64,000 bases of DNA, from contig NC_068997.1 in assembly GCF_001194135.2 (NCBI RefSeq), positions 41,148,661 through 41,212,660 of the forward strand, written 5' to 3'. The stretch is from Octopus bimaculoides (taxonomy: Eukaryota). Shown here piece by piece: positions 28,194-41,361 of this stretch. Position 1 is the stretch's first letter; every line of letters begins with the position of its first letter. Both the position numbers and the translations under genes were made by a program. The notes beneath the pieces are model-generated. The model saw nothing but the letters and a program-made list of their open reading frames with translations. It was not told where the DNA came from and did not search any database.

Positions 28194-28516
28194 GGTGCGT
28201 GGCTTAGTGGTTGGGATATTCAGCTCATGATTGCTAGGTTATGAGTTCAATTCCTGGCAGCACATTGTATCCTTGAGCAAGATACTTCATTTCACATTGC
28301 TCCAGTCCACTCAGCTGGCAAAAATTAGTTGTACCTGTAATTCAAAAGGGCCAGCCTTGTCACATTTTGTTTCACATTCTGAATCTCCCTGTGAACTATG
28401 CTAAGGATACGTATGTCTGTAGAGTACTCAGCCACTTGCACGTTAATTTCATGAGCAGGCTGTTCCGTTGATCGAATCAACTGGAACCCATGTTGTTGCA
28501 GCCAACGGAGAGCCAG
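28194..28516 (+). mobile_element. tRNA-derived SINE, third family
   Basis: A-box-like tggcttagtggttgg, B-box gagttcaattcc, and CORE-like tccttgagcaagatactt. Confidence 0.75.
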
Positions 28517-31500
28517 GCGAGTAGCAGTATAAATCTGACCAGTCTTGGAGGGCTTGCTAATGCTAGTGGTACTGCACCTTTCTTCAGACCCAGTAAAATT
28601 AAAGGTTAAAAGGCTTGAGTCATATGATTTTTGTAAAGTTGTCTGGGAATGTGCTTGTATTTCTCTCTATAAAGCTTTACACGTGTAAATCTTAATCCGT
28701 AAATTGATCCCTTTTGGTCTTGTTGTTTAGCTCTTAAGGTCAACCCTGTTTAAGTAAACTTATGATCAAAAGCATTATAGTTATGACCATCCCAGCTTTT
28801 GTTCAGGCATCATGTATCTAAAATTACAGATAGCTTTTTTTTAACAATTTGTAATTTAAGAGTAATTTATTGCTAATTGTAGCTGGTCAAACAACACCCT
28901 TTGATCAACTTGACCATTTGTCAGTCTCATTGACTATCAGCTAAGTTATATTTTGCCATTCATTCAGCTAACTTGATGTTTAACCTTTTTGTTATCATAT
29001 TTCTTTAGAAATATGCTACCTTTATTTCAATTTAATCTGATAATAATGAAGAATTTAGTTAAAAGAATTTTATCATAATTAAGTCGTTATTATTTGGAAC
29101 ACAAATTAACATGGAATTCAGATGGAAGGTTTTAATTTTGATCACTTTAAAACAGAAAGTTTGTGTCATAGAATCAGGAATGGTCATGGTTGGGTTGGCA
29201 TCAAAGAGGTTGTTTTTTTTAAATAGATTGAAAGTTATCATTATTATTGTTTAGTATTAACATTGATTTCTTAATCTGGTTCAAATTTCCTTGCGTATAT
29301 CCTTCAATTACAGCCTTTTAAAGGTAAAGTCAATTATATTAACTCCAGAACTTATTTCACCCCAATACTAGTTTTATTAATCACTATTTGACAAGCCATT
29401 AAGTTAGAGGACATAACATGGCAATAATTAAACTGGTTTAACCCTTTAGCATTCAGATTATTCTGCCAAATGTAATGCTTATTTCTTCAGGCCAGATATG
29501 GCCAATTTAAATGCTAAATGGCTAAACATAACTCCAGAAACAGGTGTGTGTGTATGCATGTGATTTACTTGTCTCCCAAACTCTTCTCACTATATTCAGT
29601 GAGTTCAAGGCTAAAGTAGAAGACAATTGGCCAAGATACAATACAGTGAGAACCCACAACCACATGGTTACAAAGCAAACGTCTTAACCACCTAGCTATA
29701 ATCTGTACATGTGTGTCTACATATATATATATATATATATATATGTTAGCTTGATCATATACACATATCTTAACGTTATATGCAATAAGTTTAGTTGTGT
29801 TATATAGAATCAGAAAGTGAAACAACAGAATTAAGTATACCTTATTGTCCTAAGTCTGTACATACTCAAAATTCTTTGAGTAATAATGCTTTATGGTGGT
29901 ATTTCTCTTAACATCTATTTTATTATATCCTCCGTAAATTTTTTTTTTTTATTGAGATGTTGGTATTAAAGTAATCAGGTTTAGAATATTTCTAAAGCTT
30001 ATTATACATTTTGTAAGGAAGTAAGAAATGGGTTTTATTCTGCAATATTTACTGATTTCAGTCAGCACTATATTTATTTATTTATTTATTTCACATTTAA
30101 CTTTTATAAATTACTTTAAGAACTTTAATATATTTATAAGAAGAAATTGTTCAGAATATATAAAATTTTGAAAAACCTAAAACAATTTCCCTTATTTGTT
30201 TGAAAAAGAATTTGCCTTTAATTCAAAGTTGATACCTTAGGCAAAAGTAGAGTTTAAAATGCCAAGAAGAAATTGTGAATAGAATTGTAGTTTTTCTGCA
30301 GTTTCTCTCCTCATAGTATACAACTTAGAAATCTCATAACATTAGATTTAAATAAGAAGGGGGTGAAAATTCATGTGAATTGAAATAGATGTTGTAGGAT
30401 TGATTGCAAAGTCTCTGTTTCCAGTATATCACAATTTCATGTTGTAAAGGCTATTATATTTTTATTAGTTCGTCAGGTATGATTATTTACAAATCCAACA
30501 ATTGATGTTTGTGGTAAAAGAGAAAGACTTATAAGAAGTTCTAACAGAATATATGTTGGTCATTGTTAGTTTAAATATTTCATTGACAGGATACAGTGAA
30601 AGGTTGTTTGAAAATGATTAACTGCAATTATTAAAAACTTTAAAAGAATAAATTTGTTTATTACCTACTTAATTGTCTATATGCTTTTAACCTGGGTGTG
30701 AAATGATGAACAATATAAAGCAATGAATAGCTGCTGAGATTTCATTTCATTCTTAATGCAATTTTAGAAATATGGGGAGGCTTTCAATCCTGTTTTGGTT
30801 CATAGTGACTCTGTTTGAAAATAACTTAACAATAAGAGAACAAATGAGTTACTGAACAGTTTTAAGAAACCAATTTTTGGTGATTTTAGCAAAGAAAAGT
30901 TCTTTGTGTACATTCGGAATATTTTGAAAGCCAATTTCTTTTGAACATAAATTCTTTCTTTAAAAATGAAATAAATGAAAGTAAAAAGTCTTTTAGTATA
31001 TTGTTAGCAATGACTTCATATAATGTAATATTTTACTGCTAAATAGATTCCCTTGTTTTACATATTTCTTTTCTAATTAAATTTGAATGGCCAGATTACT
31101 TTGGTGTTGGAATCCCTAACACTGAAGAGTTACAGAAAAAATCAAAAACTGTACATGGAAATTATTCATATATGCAAATAATAGTTTCTTTTGTCTAAGT
31201 GCATGATTCTTTTTCTTTTCCTCTTCTTTTGGAAATGCATTGATGTAAATTTAGTTATTGAAATTAATGAAAGTATATGACTGGCAAGTATTTTATTTAT
31301 TGTCCACCAGAAAAGTAACAAGTTAACTCTAATTCTACAGCTGTTGTAATTCAGATCAATATTTAATTTTACCATAATGAGAAAACCTATCTTTATCACA
31401 CTATAGTAGATGTAAATAATATTTTATAACTACCTTTATATCTTGGGTGGGGTCTTGTAACTCATTAATTCATAAATGTACAGCATTGCAATGAAACTTT

Positions 31501-32108
31501 TGTTCAATTTACAGTACTCCCACTGCTTCCGGCTGAGAGTTACATAAAAATCTGAGCCATGAATACTATGCAAAATATTTTTTTGAAAGAATACAAACTC
31601 ACGTTGTTTTAGGCTGATTGTCAGTTACTTTATTAACTCTTCTATCCACACACTCCACATTCATTCAGTTGTGAATTAAACTTGTCCAAAATCGAACTAA
31701 TCAGGGAACCTTTACATGGTTAATCAATCAACTAAAAATAATAGCTAAATCTCCTGCAAATGACACCTTACTGGGTTTTTTCTCTTTTCTTTCTTTTTCT
31801 TTTTTTTTTTGTTGTTTTTAATGAAAAGGATACAGTGGTTGATATAGTTGTATACACACAATCTCTAAAAATTCAAATGTTTATGGTTAGACTGCCAGCA
31901 ACAATAGTTATGTAAAATCCTGGATCTTTGAGTTTGTTCCTCTATAAAATTCAGCCAGTGTTTGACATAATGTTTCTCCATTAACTTTAGCTTTGTATAA
32001 ATCAAGAAATCCAAGAATTACTTATAACACTCATACTGAAAGTGTTTTCTCTGCTTTTTTTCTTCTTCTTTTTCCTTGTTTATTTTTCACAAGTGGCCAT
32101 TTGCAATA

Positions 32109-32142
<34 letters not shown>

Positions 32143-34519
32143 GGAGTGACTCACTGAGAAGCTGCTAGAAGAAGTTTTCATCACAGTGGTGTTAGCAATA
32201 ATCTCAATGAATATAAACAAACAGCATGCTCCTGCATGACCACAGCCTTTTGTCTGAAACAAAAGAATAAACAGTTCTTCAAATTACTTGAAATGGAATG
32301 GAAAAAATGAAAAACAGTTTGAGAAAAGAAACACAAACAGCTTACAGTCGTACAGTGGAAAGACACATGATATTGCTGGAAACGTAAAATTTGAATATAA
32401 AAAAAAATGGTGACAACAGCAACATCAATATTCCATCATTTGTAAATATTATGGTTAAAACAAACAAGTTGAAATAAGGAGAGTGGACAAGGAATGTCAT
32501 GAAAATGGTGCTGCCTTGCTAAATGAATTTATTCAGGAAAGAGTAAGGAGGAATAGGGTCTACCTCAGCTTTACAAATGACAGAGGAAGGCTTCCATGTT
32601 CCCTTAAAGAGGGAAATGGAGGAAGCCCTAGCTCATGAGTACTGCAATGCATGGTCCACTTCCTAGGACAAGGCATATAGTAACATGGTACTTGATCTAT
32701 AGCCATTGGGACATTCAGATTCCTCTGTCAAATGTAACTCATATTTATTCACATTGTTTTGAATTAATCAAGCATTATCTTTGAGATTTCAATGATGTGA
32801 TTTGTTTAGTTTTGGAATGACATTGTCAGGTAGGTGCAAAAGGCTGGATGTGACCAGTTTTAACATGGAACAAGTAGAATATCTGGGCCAGACATAGCTA
32901 ATTTGAATGCTAAATGGTTTAAGACCAAGAATCAGGTTAGGAGATAAGTTGAACTGGAGTTCCACATGTGTGGCCACACATTGATACTGCATGAGTCTCA
33001 GGAATTTTAAGAATATGGCCAGAGGTATTGGCTTGGGTACTGACCTTTGACTGTTGTCATCTTTGTTCAAAAGTGCAGACACGTGGTGAATGTGGCAGTG
33101 ACCCACAACAACATGTCGTGTGGAGTTTACATGGCTATTCTGGAGCTGTACACATTTGTGGATGCCGAGAGGTCAATCAGCTGCACAGTTACTACACATG
33201 TGGTAGTAAAGGCTAATTAAACGCATTATGCACTGAAAAAGAGGTGAAAAAGAAAAATGGGGAGAAAGCAGTAACAGAGGCAATAGGTACAAACAATAGC
33301 AGACCCCAACCACCACCACCACCTTCCTGGTGAAGAACATAGTTACTACCACCAGGTCACAGATCTGTGTAAACCAAGAGTGAAAACAAATCTAGTACTT
33401 CATGCTCAATACCACCAGCACTGGGATCTGACAATGACTGAAACCCCTGGAAACCCCTTCCCCCCAGCACAGAATTGCCTAGAGGTGCTCAGATCTAATT
33501 GTAATTCTTTCAGCATTTTCTCTGGTCTATTATACACCACACCTTGAGATACTATTACCAATGGAGTTATATCTATTTTCCTATTTTAGTTATTTATTTT
33601 GCTAATATATTAGAAAACTCACCTAGTTATTTTTATCTCTCTTTCTAATTTTAGTTAGCTGTTTATCTCATGTAAGGACTTGGATATTCTATCACTATTG
33701 CAATTATATCTACCTTTCTATATTACTTAAATATTTACCTGTTATATTAATGACCACTTTAATTAACCACTTGTTTAAGATATTTGGTATTAAATGTATC
33801 ATAATCACTGATCATACATTTACAACTTATAGCTGTTCATATCTGATTACCTTTTAGTATTTCCATAGATTACAATATTAGTTATTTCACATTTCCTTGA
33901 ACTCTTGTCCACTAAAATATTGGGTTTCCTACTTTCTAGATTATGATTTCATTTCTGTCAAATCCCAAGGGACTTAAGTTGTTCTGACTCAAATGGGAGA
34001 CTGGTGTTCATATCACTTCTCTGTTCTTTCCACACAATCCCCAGTGGATGATCCTGGAGTCAGTGAGATAAAGTATCAGCTATGCTTTAGGGTTGATTCA
34101 ACCCACTAACTTCTCCAAATTTCAGTCCTTGCAACTAATTTAGGAACGATTGTCATTATCCACCAAATCAAACAATTATGTTTCACTCCATCGATCAAAC
34201 ATAGGCAAGTTGTAAAGATCAATGCTTTTATGCTGACCAATAAATAGCAATATGTTTGTCACTACATTGACTGCGTGACTCAAATGTCTTGCTTAAATCA
34301 CCAGACAATTCAAACCTACATTCTATGTATCAAAAGTATTAACACTCAAGATGTTTGTATGTGTGTATTATTACATAGTATGAGATTGTTTGTAACATTG
34401 CTAGTTCATTAATGCTGTGCCAGTAATTGCTCATTTGTAGAGTAGTAGTAAGACAATGTTCTTTATTATTCTCAGAATTAACACTATGGATGAATATTTT
34501 TCTAACAGTAGCTCTAGTC

Positions 34520-34783
34520 TAGTGGTTCTCAACCATTTTTTTTTACAGTTGTATCCCTTTGATTCCTATTTTATTTTACAGGTCCCTAATAAGTATTTGA
34601 TGTTTTAAAAATAATCCCATTATATTTTCATAATCAAACATTACTAGGAATTGTATAAAAAATAATTGTTAAAATATTTTGTGTATTATAAGAATATAAT
34701 CAGTTTATTGCACATAAATTTTGACAACAAAATCTTATGTGGACATCCCCAAGGGCCGTATGGACCCCAGTTGAGAACCACTG
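34520..34783. mobile_element. hAT-type MITE
   Basis: TIRs (c)agtggttctcaac ... gttgagaaccactg with a perfect 8-bp TSD, ctctagtc (34512-34519 and 34784-34791). Confidence 0.92.
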
Positions 34784-34925
34784 CTCTAGTCATACCTTTT
34801 CTTTGTCTTATTATATCTGCATCATTGCTGAGTGCAAGTTTTTACCTGAGTTTACATTCACCTTTTTTAATTCAACCTTTGAAATTGTTAACTGCATGTT
34901 CAAAACTACTTCTCTTCATTTTCAG

Positions 34926-35040
34926 AGCTTCATCTGATGGTTTATCTATAAAGCGATCTAAGTTTGATCCAGCTTTGACTCGTCAGTTTGAAACAAATTC
35001 AAAATTTGTCAATGCTGAACTAGAAAAACTTCAGCGAGAG
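34926..35040 (+). CDS. NAB: NAB homologue exon, phase 2/0
   Basis: cttcattttcAG acceptor and GAG|GTTTGT donor. (R)ASSDGLSIKRSKFDPALTRQFETNSKFVNAELEKLQRE. The phase fits both neighbours, and LSIKRSKFD sits where NAB1 has LSPKRIKVE. Confidence 0.82.
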
Positions 35041-35694
35041 GTTTGTGAATGTTTTTTTTTGTTTTNNNNNNNNNNGAAATATGTTAAAGTTATGAAGAAG
35101 TATATCACCTGTATTTTGGAGCAGATCAGCCAGAAATATTAGTCCTATAAAACTGTGTTATATGTACACAAGTAAACGGTATAATAAGCCTTACCATTTT
35201 CCTTCAAACTGAAATTGTGTGTAAAGCTTTGCAAACCATGTTCCCTTCATTTTCGAGTCCATTCTGGCAATGATGAAAGTGAAAGTAAAACTACAAGAAC
35301 TGCATTGTTATGTGCACACCTATGACTTGAGCAAAAATAGTAGTGGAAGTAGTGTTTTACAAATATAGCTGGGTTAATATAACGTCTGTTCTAAACATTA
35401 GCATGAATCTATGACTGTTCATCAGAGGTGTTTGGTTATATTAATATGTTGGTATCACCAGTGTTTTAACCTTGTAGACTCATCCTTATTTACTTCAGTT
35501 TCTGGTAATCCTTACAAATAATAGACTTCATCATCATTAATATTTTGTACCCTTCTTTCTGCAATCATTGTGCTAATGAGAATGATGTAAACTTGTGATT
35601 ATTCTCAACTTGATTTTCAAAAACGAAACTCCAATATGGAGGAACAAAGTGGCAACCCTAGTTTTGTTACAAATTGTTTTTTTTTTCTCTCTAT

Positions 35695-36040
35695 TTTTAA
35701 CTTGTTTCAGTCATTAGACTGAGGCCATGCTGGGGCACTGCCTTGAGGAATTTTTAGTTGAATGAATCAACCCCAGGACTTTGATTTTTAAGTCTGGTAC
35801 TTATTCTTTCAGTCTCTTTCGCTAAACTGCTAAGTTACAGGGATGTAAACATACCAACACTAGTTGTCAAGTGGTGGTGGGGGACAAACGAACACACACA
35901 CGTGTGTATGCATATATATATATATATATTTACACAACAGGCTTCTTTCAGTTTCCATCTACCAAATCCACACACAAAGCTTTGATCTACCAGAGGGCAT
36001 AATAGAAAGCACTTACCCAAGCTGTCACCCAGTGGGACTT
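35695..36040 (-). mobile_element. Family C SINE (minus strand)
   Basis: Reverse complement of the 25417-25790 element, including the central (TG/TA)n. Confidence 0.8.
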
Positions 36041-36524
36041 TTTGCCATACAGTCCTAAAATAGTTTAGAATGATTCCATTAAAACAGTATCTTATTAGTC
36101 AGTTGAAACATTGTTCAGAATGGTTTTGAAATAAAGCAAAAAGAAGTTTAAAATCTTCCATAATTTCTATGAAAAGTTTTTTTTTCCATTTTTACCTAAA
36201 CCAAATCTCAATCTTCACTTTCACACGACCACCTCAACATTAAATCATCTGAAATTAAGTTTATCTACAAATGTGCATGTATGCATGCAACATACATACA
36301 TGCATGCATTCATGTATGTGTATTGTCACTGTCAAGGTGAATTAATAAAACACCTGTAATGACTCAAACTAATTGCTTTTGCGTTTTATAGAAATGGGTC
36401 ATTTTTTCTTGGTTTAAGGAACTGATTTTCACTGAAAGTGCTAAGATTCTGAGATGTAATCAAAGGAGTTGGATTTCTCTTTCCATTTCCACAAACATTT
36501 CAAATCTTTGTGAAGTAATTTTAT

Positions 36525-36925
36525 TTGAGCACCATAGAGGCATTAGAAATGACAGCCAAATTACTCTCATATCACTCTCCACTATCTTAACCCTTTAGTA
36601 TTCAGATTACTCTGTCAAATATGATATTTGTTTATTTATATTGTTTTGAATTAATCATGCATTATCTTGTAGTCTGGAGATTTCAATGATGTGACTGTTT
36701 AGTTTTAGAATGATATTGAAGGGTTGAGATGAGAAGCCAGATCTGGCCAGTTTCAACATAAAACAGGTTAAATATTTTGGCCAGATATGGTCAGTTTGAA
36801 TGCAAAAGGGTTAAAAAAGGAAAGACAATAAATAATGTAGTCCTAGATATAAAAAAAAGTGATTGCAGCTTTTGATTGTAGGTCTACTCAATTAGTGCTG
36901 GCCTGGGTCTAAACAACAACCAATT
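36525..36925. repeat. Unclassified interspersed repeat (family E) hosting a MITE
   Basis: Core tagaaatagcagccaaatctc...cttaaaa..aaagg...taatgtagtcctaga. Related copies: about 18980-19085, 31720-31850, 50500-50600 (-) and 52085-52260 (-). Confidence 0.65.
36587..36814 (+). mobile_element. piggyBac-type MITE, family B1, nested in an unclassified repeat
   Basis: TTAA|CCCTTTAGTATTC ... GAATGCAAAAGGG|TTAA. Other copies: 29438-29525 (internally deleted), 32699-32922, 48071-48268. Confidence 0.88.
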
Positions 36926-36937
36926 TTACTTTGCACA

Positions 36938-37090
36938 TGGTGTTAGGAAGGGCATCCAGCTGTAGAAACTCTGCCAAATCAGACTGGAGGCTGGTGTTGC
37001 CATCCGGTTTCACCAGTCCTCAGTCAAATCGTCCAACCCATGCTAGCATGGAAAGCGGACGTTAAACGATGATGATGATGATGATGATGA
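36938..37090 (+). mobile_element. RTE 3'-tail fragment
   Basis: Near-identical to 53640-53787 and ends in (gat)n. More diverged tails lie at 8143-8380 (-), 9395-9725 (-), 50930-51080 (-) and 55820-55980 (+). Confidence 0.88.
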
Positions 37091-37926
37091 CATAAATACA
37101 GTAGTAGCAGTAATAGCAGCAGCAGCAGTAGTAGTAGCAGCAGCAGGTGTAGTAGTAGTAGTAGTAACAACAGCAGCTGCAGCATCACTCGTTCCAAAAT
37201 TCCCTCTGATCTACATTCATTCTATTAAAAGGCAACTCAATTTCCATTTGAATAATTATGAATAATTCTTTCAAAATCTAAATATCATAAATCTCATTAA
37301 AATTCTTTATACACCCTGCTACTGTACATATCAAGACATTACCAACCCTATTAGTTATGGCACTAGTAAATTCTCATCAAACAGAAGAACATTACTTGAT
37401 TATAATTCTCTTTTAGAATTGCTTCAGTTTCTGCACTCGTTTCTCCTGAAATGCCACAAACATCACAACTTTCTTGTTCCGACACCTATTTTGCATTTAC
37501 CACAGACATTTATTATACTTCTTCAACGTACCCATTGTTTTTGTTCAAACAAATAATGTATTGTTTAGTGGAATGATCTGGGAGTAGTTTAGAATGGAGG
37601 CAGAACTAAGTTTCCCTTTGTTCTACGTTTAAGTTTGTCTTCTTTTATAATAAAGTATTCTATTCAGGAGGAAGAAGCAAGAAACAAAGTGGGAGAGAGA
37701 GAAAGAAAGAGTGAGTGTGTGTAAAAGTGAGATTGCTTTAAATATAACTTCAATAATTAATATTTTTACTTCACCCTGCATCAGATATTTCTTCAGTTAT
37801 AAAGACTAGAATGTTTTGAATCTGCCATAACATCATATAACTACTTATACTGATTGTATATTAAATAGATATATATATTTAATATACACTGTATCTCTCT
37901 CTCTACTATCTATCTATTTATATAAT

Positions 37927-37976
<50 letters not shown>

Positions 37977-39448
37977 CAAAGGAAAAAAAGAAGGAAAGAG
38001 GATTTCATTTAGACTCATTAAAACCAATAAAGTAGACTATAATTGGCTGGTGATTAAAAAAAAAAAATTCCAGCTGACAAAAATGAGAGTATGTTTGTGG
38101 TAAGTTGAGAAAAATTATAATTGACCAAATTTAACAAATTTTTCCCTTGTCACTCATTAAAAATACTATTTGATTCAAATGGAAAAAAAAATCAATTCCG
38201 ATAACAGTTTAGAACTTGGTAATTTAGCTTTAATTACTGTAATATATTGAATGTGAAATCAAAGAACCATGAAAGAAGTATTCTATAAACTTGATCAAAG
38301 CTTTAATGTGTAGCAATGTCCCTAATCATCAGAGAAGTATTCCTCAACTCTTGTATTTAATAATAGTGTATTTAAGGCTAAGTCAAATTGGCAAAAATTC
38401 ATTCCTTTCCTAAATAAGGCCATAGAAGATATTGAACTCAGAACTATAAACTAATACAACATTCAACAGTTTTACAATGCTACCACTGATGGTAGATTTG
38501 TATTGTATTATGCTGCAGTAGTTGTGACAGGGTATGAACCACAGATCTTTTTAGTGGTGCATTAATGACAAGCTAGCAATTTGTTCAGCTGTGCCTCTCT
38601 GCAATAATATAAAATATGTTAATATAGTATGCCATACATATTAATATACTGTATATGTTCCCTCCAACTTTGTAATATCCCTTAAGAGATATTACATTAT
38701 AATCAACTATAAATATACTTTTATATACCATAACATACACACAACAGCATTATATTATACTATAACACATGCTACAACATTTATGATATACCTTAATTCA
38801 CATTACACCAACATTATAATATACTATAGCATACATTATATCATAACAAACCATAGCATGCTCTGCACATAATAATATATAATAATAAATGATATATATA
38901 TAATAAATCTTATTACCAGAATGAATATATTAAATAAAACACATTTTTAAAATCTTATTTTATTTTTTAATATATTCCACATTTATGACTTCATTATTTG
39001 TGAGTTCTGTTGTACAAATAAACCCTTTACATCTTCTAGGCACAGTTCTCGGTAATTAAGTTACAGGTTTACTTTTTAGTTTAATTCCTGTTTGGTTCTT
39101 TGATACAGAACTTTCAGCATTAAAGTATTTATAAAAGTTCCATCATAATATTAAACTATGAACCTTTTGTTAGGTTATGTTCCGTACATTAACTTTATTG
39201 TGAATCTTTTTAGAATTAATTCATAGGCAGTGTTAGAATTAGAATTTAATACCAAAATAGTTAACTCAGCACTTCCCCATAAAACAAACGCTGCATTTTA
39301 GGATGTTTAGCCACATATAAGACATTTTATTCGACTGCATGTTTTATATTCTTTTGGAAATAATCATTCTCAAAATTATGTGATTGAATTATTTAAGTTT
39401 GTTTCAGTGTTAACCTATGACAGTTAACTATTATAATTGTCATTTTAT

Positions 39449-39504
<56 letters not shown>

Positions 39505-40861
39505 CAGTTGGATATCCCTGATAAACCGACCTTAGATATTTCTCTGTTGCCTTCCCTATATTATTAAAAAGAGTCTGTTTCATGTTTGAAAGGAAAGTAC
39601 TTAACATATTCTGTATTGTCATGTTTATTAACTGGACTTTAATTGATGTTTACATAATATCACCTCTACCACCACCATCATTATCATCATCATCTTCATA
39701 TCTGTTCCATCTTCTTTGGCCTTTTTATCATTCATTAAGATTATGCATAAATTGTATTTGTATCCATGAAACATTTTTAGGTTTTATTCTGTGTTGAGGA
39801 GGGCATCTACTCAGTGACCAAATACATCCATCACTTACAAATTCATTGAATACTAAATCCAAAAATAGATTTATATTTGCGAAAATGAATCGCAAAACAT
39901 TTGGTCCATTCAATAACAATAACTCTGCTATCTTTTATCTGTGATTAAAGCTAAATTTTTAAATAAAACGAAATGTAATGCAAAGCCAAATTACTTGGCT
40001 TGGTTTCACTTCTATGAATAATGCCATGTGATTTTGATTAACTGTCTTTGTAAATTTCCTGTAAGAGTAATGGAAATACTAACAAATTTGCTATATAGGA
40101 AGCATTTTAGATAAAAATCAAATAATATTCTCTGACAATACTAATATGTATTCCTTTAGTAAATATCCTCAATTCCTAGCTGACAATTGTTGCAGTTAGT
40201 AAGTATATATATATGAATAAGCATTTGCAGAATTTGTGAAATGTAATTTTATTAACTCGTTGCAATATATCCAGAGATATAAAAGTTTGTGTAGTAAAAA
40301 GAAAAGTAAATTTATTTGTAAATATATAAGAAAAGTTTTGAGTATTTATTGTCGGTGTGTAAATGTTGTCTGCTGTAGTGTTTTGAAATGACAAACTTGG
40401 GATAATTGTTTTCCTTTAAACTTGTGTGTTTCTAAAGACATATTCTTCACATAATTCTGACATGGGGAAATTAAACAGGAAAATTGGAACATTAATGTCT
40501 TTCCTAAGAATGTTAGTGATTTCAAGTTCAGATTTGAAACTGGATCGTGTTTGGTAACAAACCTACTGTAGCAACAAGCTATTACAAACACAGAGAGGGG
40601 GGGGGGAATTAACAGTAAGATTTATTATCACTAGTTATGTTTGTTTATTCAGTTAATGGTCCATCAAAATAGTGAATAATGCTATAAAATCTTTCGATAG
40701 TTACTGTTATATGCTGTAGTGGTAAGTAAATGTTCGCTTTAAACATTGTAATAATGGTGTTTCTTAATAAACTTCCAATGCTGAAAGAATAAACTTTTAT
40801 GGATGAACAATACAATCATTCATGATTTATACTCACTATAAACAATAAAATAATTAAATAA

Positions 40862-41361
40862 CACTGTATAACAAAATTTCTGTATCTTTTTTTCGTTTTG
40901 TTTTGTCTTTGGTCAGTAAGTGTTATTGCCGATTTGCTTCTCTCTAAAAATCAAAGGAAATGACTACTATTCCCTTCAAACTTTGCTTTTGTCACCTGAA
41001 CATCAATTTTTTCTGAACTGACTATTTTCCATTACATTTTAGACAAAGTCAGAGCCCAGTTGCTGAAGCAGAAATATCATTATAGCAAATATTCTGCTCA
41101 ATACCACAGATTTGCTTGTCTGTTGCTTGACCGTAACCACTTGAGCATTTCCCTTAGTGGTTGACAGTGTGCATCTCTGATCATGAATAGGAGTAGTGGA
41201 TTGGAGGCATCACAGCCATGTGTTGAGATGGATTCTTTGGTTGAAAAAATGTAAGAAAAGCAAAGTTTGAAAGAAATATTAACCATTTTCCTTACTTTCT
41301 TGGGGTAAACAAATGGGAAATAACAGTTGCTACCCAAGGACAAAAATCGTGTTACACAGTG
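40862..41361. mobile_element. MITE with CACTG termini and TAA flanks (copy 2)
   Basis: taa|cactgtataaca ... tgttacacagtg|taa. Confidence 0.88.

Noticed and set aside
28194-28270. tRNA gene
   Set aside because: A/B boxes are present, but it continues into a SINE body and lacks a full cloverleaf. The same applies to the other SINE heads.
34666-35142. 158-aa ORF as a stand-alone gene
   Set aside because: It starts within a hAT MITE. Only 34926-35040 is bounded by splice sites and fits the NAB exon chain.
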